Assembly: GCA_049973735.1 (NCBI GenBank)
Contig: JBMFJL010000006.1
Span: forward strand, 1-19,724
Reading direction: 5' to 3'
DNA: 19,724 nucleotides
Source: Nanopusillaceae archaeon
Lineage (GTDB): Archaea > Nanobdellota > Nanobdellia > Nanobdellales > Nanobdellaceae
The notes under the pieces were generated by a model. It was not told the origin of the DNA and did no database searches. It saw nothing but the letters and a program-made list of their open reading frames with translations. Position numbers and translations under genes: made by a program. This document shows positions 13,742 to 19,724 of this stretch, piece after piece (position 1 is the first letter of the stretch; each line of letters begins with the position of its first letter).

Positions 13742-15108
13742 TCAAATATAAAGTTGAAATCTTCAAATACTCTATATTTCTTATTGTTTAATTCAAATAC
13801 CGGTTCTTCAAGTTTTTCTATTAAATTAATCAACCCATTTATATCTCCCTTTATCTCTTTTACAGACCTTTCTTTTATATCATAATATCTTATTGAATAT
13901 TCTCTATTAATTATTTCTCTTTCTCCAATATATAGTATTATAGATGGTTTATATATAGATTCTAATATTCTTGTTGTATTACTCAGTTCAACTTTAGATG
14001 TATCAATTTTTACTGTCCTTATTTCCATATTCCTTAATTTGTTGAAAACTTCCTCTGCAACTTCTTTTATTTTTTTATCTTTTTCTTCATTTCCGGTATT
14101 TATTTCAAGTACAACAACTTGTAATGGATTTAAAACAAAAGGTAACCTTCCTTTGAATGACTCCAGATATACACCCAAAAATCTTTCAATAGAACCCAAA
14201 TATGCTCTGTGTATTATATATAAATTATCAATTCCAAAGTAATCTTTGACTAATTCAATTAGTCTAAAGTTTCTTGGTAAATTAAAATCTAGCTGTATTG
14301 TACCAAGCTGCCATTCTTTTTCACCAATTTTCAATGTAAAATCATATTTTGGTCCATAGAATGCTGCTTCTCCTATACCTTCATATGTTGAGAAATTATA
14401 TTTCTTAGATAATTTTTCCAATACTTTCCTCATTATATTCTCTACATATTCCCAATCCTCTTTCTTTCCAGAATATTCTTCCATCTTATTTGGATCATGC
14501 AAACTCAACCTTACTTTAAATTCTGATCTTTTAAGATCTATACTAAACAATTTTTCATATAGCAATATCATTTCATCTAATAGTTTCTCTATTTCTTTTT
14601 CTAATAATTCTGGTGTGATAAATACATGAGAATCATCTTGAGTGAAAGATCTTATTCTTAATAAACCATAAACGCTACCGGATGGTTCATATCTGTGAAC
14701 AGTTCCCAATTCGAATGTTCTAAAAGGTAACTTTATTTTTCTATATTTCTCTAGTAGGTTAATGAATATTAATATATGGTGTGGACAGTTCATTGGCTTT
14801 ATTGCGAATTCATCTTCTTCTATTTTAAAAATATACATGTTTTGCTTATAGTATGATAAATGACCAGAAATCTTGTACAATTCTGTATTTGTGATTAATG
14901 GAGATCTTACAAGATGATACCCTCTCTTTAAATGAAAATCTGTTAATATGTTTGATATAACATAATAATATATAGCACCACCTAGAGAAAATAATTGCAA
15001 TCCTTTACCCAAAAGATCTCCAAAATTTCTGTTTAATTTTTCTAACCTTCTGTCATGTCTAACCAAAATATCTAATTCGTCTCCTATAGATATATGATCT
15101 TTTTCCAT
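13738..15108 (-). CDS. thrS: Threonyl-tRNA synthetase, catalytic plus anticodon-binding domains only (no N-terminal editing domain)
   Basis: ThrRS motifs present are DHISIGDELDIL, AIKPMNCPHHILIF, RIRSFTQDDSHVF, GEAAFYGPKYDF, QLGTIQLDFNLPRNF and IIHRAYLGSIERFLGVYLE. The zinc ligands C/H/H are conserved. The 456-aa protein begins directly at the start of the catalytic core. Confidence 0.92.
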   Translation of the reverse strand: MEKDHISIGDELDILVRHDRRLEKLNRNFGDLLGKGLQLFSLGGAIYYYVISNILTDFHLKRGYHLVRSPLITNTELYKISGHLSYYKQNMYIFKIEEDEFAIKPMNCPHHILIFINLLEKYRKIKLPFRTFELGTVHRYEPSGSVYGLLRIRSFTQDDSHVFITPELLEKEIEKLLDEMILLYEKLFSIDLKRSEFKVRLSLHDPNKMEEYSGKKEDWEYVENIMRKVLEKLSKKYNFSTYEGIGEAAFYGPKYDFTLKIGEKEWQLGTIQLDFNLPRNFRLIELVKDYFGIDNLYIIHRAYLGSIERFLGVYLESFKGRLPFVLNPLQVVVLEINTGNEEKDKKIKEVAEEVFNKLRNMEIRTVKIDTSKVELSNTTRILESIYKPSIILYIGEREIINREYSIRYYDIKERSVKEIKGDINGLINLIEKLEEPVFELNNKKYRVFEDFNFIFE

Positions 15109-15130
15109 TAAAATTAAATTATTAAAATTC

Positions 15131-15601
15131 TTATAAATTTATTTTTTTTATCTCGTAGTATACTATCTCTTTTTCAATATCAATAATTCCTAATATTATT
15201 TTATCAAGTCCGTATTTATCCATAATTTCTAATATTTCTTTTACATATAGTAGTTCCTGTTCGAATATTGGATAGATATAATAAGAAATTTTTTCTTTTT
15301 TTTCATTTTCATAAACAACTATGAAAATGTCTCTAATTTCTGTATAATATCCCTTATTTCTTAAATCTTCAAAAACATAATATTTTTTGAAATCTATTTT
15401 ATCATAATATTTTTCTAGAAATTCCTCAAAATTTTTTATATTTTCAATCGTTATCCAACCTTTTTTTAGGCAATATAATACCTCTTCCGGATCTAAATAA
15501 ATGTATTCTTTTTCCATTTTCCCAATTCTTCCTATTTTATCATAATATTTTTTATCTAATATAAATTTGTTATTCAGAATTTTAACTAAAGCTTTTTCCA
15601 T
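15131..15601 (-). CDS. tRNA-splicing endonuclease, structural (beta-type) subunit
   Basis: The ORF is 156 aa and overlaps the end of the catalytic-subunit gene by 16 nt. It has the EndA-like layout (YYVFEDLRNKGYYTEIRD...YIYPIFEQE...) but lacks the Y/H/K catalytic triad context. This matches the heteromeric endonucleases of Crenarchaeota and Nanoarchaeota. Confidence 0.65.
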   Translation of the reverse strand: MEKALVKILNNKFILDKKYYDKIGRIGKMEKEYIYLDPEEVLYCLKKGWITIENIKNFEEFLEKYYDKIDFKKYYVFEDLRNKGYYTEIRDIFIVVYENEKKEKISYYIYPIFEQELLYVKEILEIMDKYGLDKIILGIIDIEKEIVYYEIKKINL

Positions 15602-16014
15602 GATACTTCTAGAAATATATCTTTTCCATTATCCTCTATACAATATAATATTTTCTTTCTGGTACTATGAGCAACTCTATTTTTAGATAAAAAATCATAT
15701 ATATCTATCTTTTCATTTGAACTTATGGGTATGGCGATCCATTTAGAATGTTCTTCAATATTTTCATATATCCTAAATACTCCCCCAAATTTTAGGCCTG
15801 TACCTACTATATATCCTTTTTCTTTGAATATTTTGTAAAATTTATAATATAATCTGATTTTTTCCTCTTTTAAAAAAAATTCAATATTTAGTTTATTTCC
15901 TGCAGTGTCATATACCTCAACTTTTTGTTTTTCCAATAAATATAGAGCTTCGTAAAAATTTACTATTTTGTCTTTGTCTAGGAATATACCATTATTAAAC
16001 AATAATCTTTTCAT
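15586..16014 (-). CDS. endA: tRNA-splicing endonuclease, catalytic (alpha-type) subunit
   Basis: KGYIVGTGLKFGGVFRIYENIEEHSKWIAIPIS...VAHSTRKKILYCI matches the EndA catalytic-domain pattern (G.KFG.DFrvY.....HS......K) with Tyr/His/Lys present. The protein is 142 aa. Confidence 0.85.
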   Translation of the reverse strand: MKRLLFNNGIFLDKDKIVNFYEALYLLEKQKVEVYDTAGNKLNIEFFLKEEKIRLYYKFYKIFKEKGYIVGTGLKFGGVFRIYENIEEHSKWIAIPISSNEKIDIYDFLSKNRVAHSTRKKILYCIEDNGKDIFLEVSWKKL

Positions 16015-16035
16015 TGAAAGAATATTGTGTTATAA

Positions 16036-16043
16036 TTATAAAA
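16036..16043 (-). promoter_or_regulatory. TATA-like box for the endA-thrS operon
   Basis: The minus strand reads TTTTATAA at -29..-22 from ATG 16014. Confidence 0.4.
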
Positions 16044-16090
16044 ATTTTCTATTCCATTATTATTTAAATTTAGAGATGCTTTAAATTTAT

Positions 16091-16885
16091 TTATGGCCAC
16101 ATCCATCTTCTATACAGACCTTGCTTTATTATATATTCTTCTGCTTTAGCATATGTTTCTGGAGTTCCTATGTCAAACCAAAATCCTTCAGTATATGTAT
16201 AAGTAAGAATTGTTTCCTTCTTTTCTTTTATCATCCATTCAAATAATTTTCCTATAGAATCTTTACTATTTGGACTATTCATATATTCTTCGAGCAATCT
16301 TATCTTTTCCCTAGGAACAAAATATATACCTGTAGATACAATTGTGCTTTTTGGTTTTTCTGGTTTTTCCTCAAAATCCTTTATTATATTCTTTTCTACA
16401 TTTAATACCCCAAATCTTTTAGATTCTTCAAAGTCTTTTATATCGTAGGATGCTATAACTATTTTTCTTTCTTTTTTTCCTAAAGAAACAACTTTCAATA
16501 AATTGAAATTAAATATATTGTCGCCTAAAACAATTAAAATATCGCTGCTAATATTATATTCTTGTATTGTATAATTCAGTCCTCCGATAGCTCCCAATTT
16601 AGTTTCTTCTGAGGTGGAAGGTTCAATTGAAAGATGTATTTTACTTATGTAATCTTCAGGATAAAATGATCTTAAGGAATATAGCCAATATCTAAAATTA
16701 TTTTCAAATCTTCTATTAATCGAAATTATTATTGAAGATACATTAAGTTCTAGTATTCTTTCTATATTATAGTTTATTACAGGTACACCTCCTACTGGAA
16801 ATAGCGGTTTTGGCATATAATCTGATAAAGGTCTAAATCTTCTAGCAAAACCACCAGCCAGTATTATTGCTACTAATTCATCCAT
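16091..16885 (-). CDS. Sugar-1-phosphate nucleotidylyltransferase (NTP_transferase family, RmlA/GlmU-N-like)
   Basis: The N-terminal AIILAGGFARRFRPLSDYMPKPLFPVGGVPVINYNIE matches the LAGGxGTRLxPLTxxxPKPLxP nucleotide-binding signature, with GFARRF in place of GxGTRL. The protein is 264 aa and has no C-terminal left-handed helix domain. Confidence 0.85.
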   Translation of the reverse strand: MDELVAIILAGGFARRFRPLSDYMPKPLFPVGGVPVINYNIERILELNVSSIIISINRRFENNFRYWLYSLRSFYPEDYISKIHLSIEPSTSEETKLGAIGGLNYTIQEYNISSDILIVLGDNIFNFNLLKVVSLGKKERKIVIASYDIKDFEESKRFGVLNVEKNIIKDFEEKPEKPKSTIVSTGIYFVPREKIRLLEEYMNSPNSKDSIGKLFEWMIKEKKETILTYTYTEGFWFDIGTPETYAKAEEYIIKQGLYRRWMWP

Positions 16886-16904
16886 AGAAAATTATAGAAA
16901 ATTA
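16885..16904. repeat. Perfect 10-bp tandem duplication (TAGAAAATTA x2) abutting the nucleotidyltransferase start codon
   Basis: Bases 16885-16894 are identical to 16895-16904. The first copy shares base 16885 with the ATG (16885-16883, minus strand). Confidence 0.6.
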
Positions 16905-17000
16905 TTTTTTTAACTTTTAAATATAAAATAACACAATAATAAAGCGAATAGAACTATTATAACAATCTATGCAAGAAGTGAATATTTCTGTTAGATATAA

Positions 17001-17073
17001 AGCCGCCGGCGGGACTTGAACCCGCGACCTGTGGATTACAAGTCCACCGCTCTACCAACTGAGCTACGGCGGC
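17001..17073 (-). tRNA. tRNA-Thr (anticodon UGU), 73 nt, no intron, CCA not encoded
   Basis: The reverse complement is GCCGCCGTAGCTCAGTTGGTAGAGCGGTGGACTTGTAATCCACAGGTCGCGGGTTCAAGTCCCGCCGGCGGCT. All four stems pair perfectly, and the anticodon loop is CTTGTAA. Confidence 0.95.
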
Positions 17074-17101
17074 GATATATTAAAAATCTATATTAGAAAA
17101 A

Positions 17102-17109
17102 TAATAAAA
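17102..17109 (-). promoter_or_regulatory. TATA-like element upstream of tRNA-Thr
   Basis: The minus strand reads TTTTATTA at -36..-29 from the tRNA 5' end (17073). Confidence 0.35.
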
Positions 17110-17117
17110 AATTTCTG

Positions 17118-17978
17118 CTAGCTTGTTCCTCCAAAAGATACTACAGATTGGGCTAAAACTGATGGTACATATCCTCCATATTGCGCTGTATATCCATTAA
17201 CTGGAGTAATTTGAATTGTGTATCCTTCGTTTGTTACTAATGGTGTTGGTAAGTATAATAATAATTCATATAATTCTCCATTTGTTAGATAAACGCTTTG
17301 TTGATTTATTGCAATTCCCAGTAGACCATATGTATTTATTTTTTCAACTTCATACAATTCTTGTACTATTTGCAAATATTGGTTTAGTGATATAGGAGCT
17401 CCTACGATTGAATCATTAAGATTAACAGAACATTTTGTAATGGTACCGTTAATTTGCTCTAGAATTGAAGCATATACATATCTAGTACTTGAATTATAGT
17501 TTAATGTATTACATATTGTTGGATTTGTTATATTTACAGATAATATGTTTACTTGATTATTAAATACAAATCCCGTTACTATAACATTTCCTCCTGTTAA
17601 TACTCCATAAACTGCTGTGGGTTGATATGGAGATGAAGTATATGAATAAACTTGTCCATATGATGTTGTAACTAGTATATTAACATTTTCAAAATTTATT
17701 GGTCCAGATCCAGGCATTAATTGCACTACTGGTCCTAAGAATGTTACTTTTTGTAGTTGATTGTTGAATTGACCCGTTGAAGGATCATATTGGTATCCAA
17801 ATAATTGAGTAATCTGTACTCCAGTTGAAATTCTTTCCTGAGCTTGCTGTCCTGTTTGTAAAGCTCTTGCTTGTAAAGCATTTGCTGTATATATTATTAC
17901 TCCAGCTGCTACTGCCGCTGTTACTATTATTGCTATCAATATTATCAATGTAGACAAACCGAATTGTCCTCTTATCAT
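17118..17978 (-). CDS. arlB: Archaellin (archaeal flagellin, ArlB/FlaB family)
   Basis: The N-terminus MIRG/QFGLSTLIILIAIIVTAAVAAGVIIYTANALQARALQTGQQAQERISTGVQITQLFG is the canonical archaellin class III signal plus hydrophobic helix. VVQLMPGSGPINFENVNILV and the C-terminal GYTIQITPVNGYTAQYGGYVP fit the archaellin globular domain. G+C is visibly higher than in the neighbouring genes. Confidence 0.88.
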   Translation of the reverse strand: MIRGQFGLSTLIILIAIIVTAAVAAGVIIYTANALQARALQTGQQAQERISTGVQITQLFGYQYDPSTGQFNNQLQKVTFLGPVVQLMPGSGPINFENVNILVTTSYGQVYSYTSSPYQPTAVYGVLTGGNVIVTGFVFNNQVNILSVNITNPTICNTLNYNSSTRYVYASILEQINGTITKCSVNLNDSIVGAPISLNQYLQIVQELYEVEKINTYGLLGIAINQQSVYLTNGELYELLLYLPTPLVTNEGYTIQITPVNGYTAQYGGYVPSVLAQSVVSFGGTS

Positions 17979-18001
17979 AATATAGTAAAATTATTTAGAA
18001 T

Positions 18002-18009
18002 ATTATAAA
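18002..18009 (-). promoter_or_regulatory. TATA-like box for the archaellin gene
   Basis: The minus strand reads TTTATAAT at -31..-24 from ATG 17978, preceded by the purine-rich GATAAAA (BRE-like). Confidence 0.45.
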
Positions 18010-18025
18010 TTTTATCACGAGTCAG

Positions 18026-19135
18026 TTACTTAGATAGAACCACAATTGTTTCCACATGATATGTATGGGGAAACTGATCTATCATTATGAAGTTTTCCAT
18101 TTTATAACCAGCTTTATTTATTAATATATCTATATCCCTTTTTTGTGTTTCGGGATAACATGATACATATACTATTTTTTTCGCATTAGATTCTACTAGT
18201 TTTTTCATAGCTCTTTTATGTATCCCAGGTCTGGGTGGATCTACTATTATTTTATCTGCAGATATTTTTTCTAAATCTTCTACATTCGATAACAAAAATT
18301 TCGGGTTTTTTATCTCATTTAATTTTTTATTTAATTCAAAAATTTCTTGATTTTCTTTATTATTATCAATACCAAAAACATAGTTTGAATATTTTCCAAT
18401 TTCTATTGTATAAAAACCAGCTCCTGCATATAAATCATAGATTATTTCGTTTTCTTTTGGTTCTGTAAACTCTAAAACCTTTTTTAATAATATTTCTGCA
18501 GTATAACTATTTGGTTGATAAAAGCTATTTGGAGAAATATAGTAAAGGTTATCTAAAGCCTTTTCTTTAATATATTTATCTCCAGCTAGATTATAATTTA
18601 TGTCTCCATAAGACACATCCGTAACCTTTTCATTTATAGTCCAATAAAAAGAAGTAATATACTCGCTAATTTCTTCATAAAATTCTAAAAACAGTTTTTT
18701 ATAATAGTCTAACTTATCAGTTTTGTATGTTATTATATTTACCATTCTTTCATTTGTAAATTTTCCTTCTCTTATTACAATATATCTTGCAAATCCTTCG
18801 TTTCTTCTTACATCCCATGGTTCTAAATTATTTTTCTTTAAAAATTCTCTAAATTTATTCCTTATAATATTTGACTCTTCTGATTGCAATAAACATTCGA
18901 AGATATCTACATATGCGTACCATTTTCCATATTCTTTTAATCCTACTTCATAATTATATCCAACAGCATAATCCATCCTGTTTCTGTAATAAAATATTTT
19001 TGGCGACTTTATAACTTCATCAGGTTCTTTTCCAAATATTTTTATTAGTTTATTTACTTTAAATTCTATTTGTTTATCATAAGATAGATTTTGTATTTGA
19101 CATCCTCCACATGTAGGGAAATGTTTGCATATCAT
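18026..19135 (-). CDS. RumA/TrmA-family SAM-dependent RNA (uracil-C5)-methyltransferase with an N-terminal Fe-S cysteine cluster and no TRAM domain
   Basis: Cx5Cx2C lies at the extreme N-terminus (MICKHFPTCGGCQ), with a fourth Cys in IFECLL. Also present are the SAM motif DLYAGAGFYTIEIG, IIVDPPRPGIH, the catalytic-Cys motif VYVSCYPET and the C-terminal DQFPHTYHVETIVVL. Confidence 0.88.
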   Translation of the reverse strand: MICKHFPTCGGCQIQNLSYDKQIEFKVNKLIKIFGKEPDEVIKSPKIFYYRNRMDYAVGYNYEVGLKEYGKWYAYVDIFECLLQSEESNIIRNKFREFLKKNNLEPWDVRRNEGFARYIVIREGKFTNERMVNIITYKTDKLDYYKKLFLEFYEEISEYITSFYWTINEKVTDVSYGDINYNLAGDKYIKEKALDNLYYISPNSFYQPNSYTAEILLKKVLEFTEPKENEIIYDLYAGAGFYTIEIGKYSNYVFGIDNNKENQEIFELNKKLNEIKNPKFLLSNVEDLEKISADKIIVDPPRPGIHKRAMKKLVESNAKKIVYVSCYPETQKRDIDILINKAGYKMENFIMIDQFPHTYHVETIVVLSK

Positions 19136-19165
19136 AAATAAAATTCTTTATAGAAAAAATAAAAA

Positions 19166-19724
19166 TTATGTGTAGAATAATATATAATTTCCAAAGCCAG
19201 ATGGAACAAAGGTTTTATTAACAGATATTATATTACTAATTCCGCTAACAACTTTTTCAACAACATAACTTTTTGCTAATGGGTTATCATATATAAAAGT
19301 AACATTTGCTAATGGATTTCCTATTATAGATACTCCTGCGGCGAAATTGTATAGTATTCCATTCATTACCGTTGCTAGAAGTATGTTGTTAGCTTTATTT
19401 ATAAATGCCTGTCCCTCATACTGGTATATTATACTTCCACTAGAGAATGTTAAATTATATATAATTCCTTGTCCAAATATTGATGCACCTAACTGTGAAT
19501 TATACACAGATATATTAGTAGCATTTCCTGTTAAATATACTCCAAATATTCCTCCATATGTTATTACATTACTTATATTATTTGGTTGAGTTACATACAA
19601 TCCAAATACCTGTCCTACTCTTATTGTTACATTATTTATAGTATTTCTAGAAGATGTTAAATATATTCCAAATATATTTGAATTTATATAGCTATTTAAT
19701 ATATAGTTACCATTTCCATTATTT
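19166..19724 (-). CDS. C-terminal part of a right-handed parallel beta-helix (PbH1-like) repeat surface protein. The 5' end lies beyond the window.
   Basis: The track starts this ORF at a TTG (19600). By hand translation the frame stays open up to base 19723 (...NNGNGNYILNSYINSNIFGIYLTSSRNTINNVTIRVGQVFGLYVTQPNN...). A motif recurs every 20-23 aa: NIFGIYLTSSRNTINNVTI / QVFGLYVTQPNNISNVIT / GGIFGVYLTGNATNISVYNS / ASIFGQGIIYNLTF. Confidence 0.65.
   Translation of the reverse strand, partial: NNGNGNYILNSYINSNIFGIYLTSSRNTINNVTIRVGQVFGLYVTQPNNISNVITYGGIFGVYLTGNATNISVYNSQLGASIFGQGIIYNLTFSSGSIIYQYEGQAFINKANNILLATVMNGILYNFAAGVSIIGNPLANVTFIYDNPLAKSYVVEKVVSGISNIISVNKTFVPSGFGNYILFYT

Noticed and set aside
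16921-17000. Small RNA or small ORF in the 115-bp spacer between the nucleotidyltransferase gene and tRNA-Thr
   Set aside because: There is no stem-loop-forming GC content, no conserved box motifs and no ORF with a start codon of meaningful length. The spacer most simply holds the nucleotidyltransferase promoter and the tRNA 3' flank.
1275-17073. tRNA genes as integration sites (att duplications), split tRNA halves or tRNA introns
   Set aside because: In this AT-rich background any tRNA fragment would stand out as a GC-rich island. The only such islands are the three complete 73-nt tRNAs, plus short coding patches in aglB (REGWGGW, near 6800) and the flippase (GVWGAVY, near 12200). No partial tRNA copy, leader complement or bulge-helix-bulge insert is visible.
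19166-19600. TTG at 19600 as the start of a complete 144-aa protein
   Set aside because: Hand translation shows the same frame stays open, with the same repeat motif, up to the window end. The track simply took the first permitted start codon, so this is the C-terminal fragment of a larger gene.
1-19724. CRISPR arrays, IS elements, integrases, prophage or plasmid genes, toxin-antitoxin or other defence genes
   Set aside because: I saw no regularly spaced direct repeats, no terminal inverted repeats, and no transposase, integrase or nuclease-like ORF. Every ORF over 180 nt is accounted for, and non-coding space totals only a few hundred bp.

Overview
This is an AT-rich (about three quarters A+T by eye), almost gap-free archaeal chromosome segment. 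I call 20 protein-coding genes, two of them cut by the window edges, and 3 intron-less 73-nt tRNAs: Lys-UUU, Asp-GUC and Thr-UGU. The tRNAs are about two-thirds G+C, far above the background. Many neighbouring genes overlap by 4-32 nt, and the longest non-coding stretch is 115 bp.

The content is housekeeping genes interleaved with cell-surface genes.
- Minus strand, 1-3345: a secreted DUF2341-like protein, tRNA-Lys, a pilin-like membrane protein and a TadC-like platform protein.
- Plus strand, 3382-4215: an ArlJ/FlaJ-half-like platform protein transcribed divergently from the one above.
- Minus strand, 4216-5932: the conserved archaeal rps28e-rpl24e-ndk cluster with an extra membrane-anchored gene appended.
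- Plus strand, 5984-13147: a tight N-glycosylation operon of a giant AglB, an AglH-type GlcNAc-1-P transferase, a Wzx/MOP-like flippase and a PfkB kinase.
- Minus strand, 13129-19724: tRNA-splicing endonuclease alpha and beta subunits, an editing-domain-less ThrRS, a small kinase-fold protein and tRNA-Asp. Upstream of these on the same strand lie a sugar-phosphate nucleotidyltransferase, tRNA-Thr, one archaellin, a RumA/TrmA-type m5U methyltransferase and the C-terminus of a beta-helix surface protein.

Several traits together suggest a hyperthermophilic, small-genome archaeon of the Nanoarchaeota/DPANN type. These are the heteromeric endonuclease, the catalytic-only ThrRS, a RumA-type enzyme in an archaeon, GC-rich tRNAs in a very AT-rich genome, and extreme compaction. 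This lineage call is inference only.

I found no CRISPR array, transposase, integrase or rRNA. The most unusual item is the orphan type-IV-filament-like module at 1391-4215: two single-domain T2SSF genes, a pilin-like gene, and no adjacent ATPase. The oversized AglB operon and the tRNA-Asp gene overlapped by coding sequence on both sides come next.
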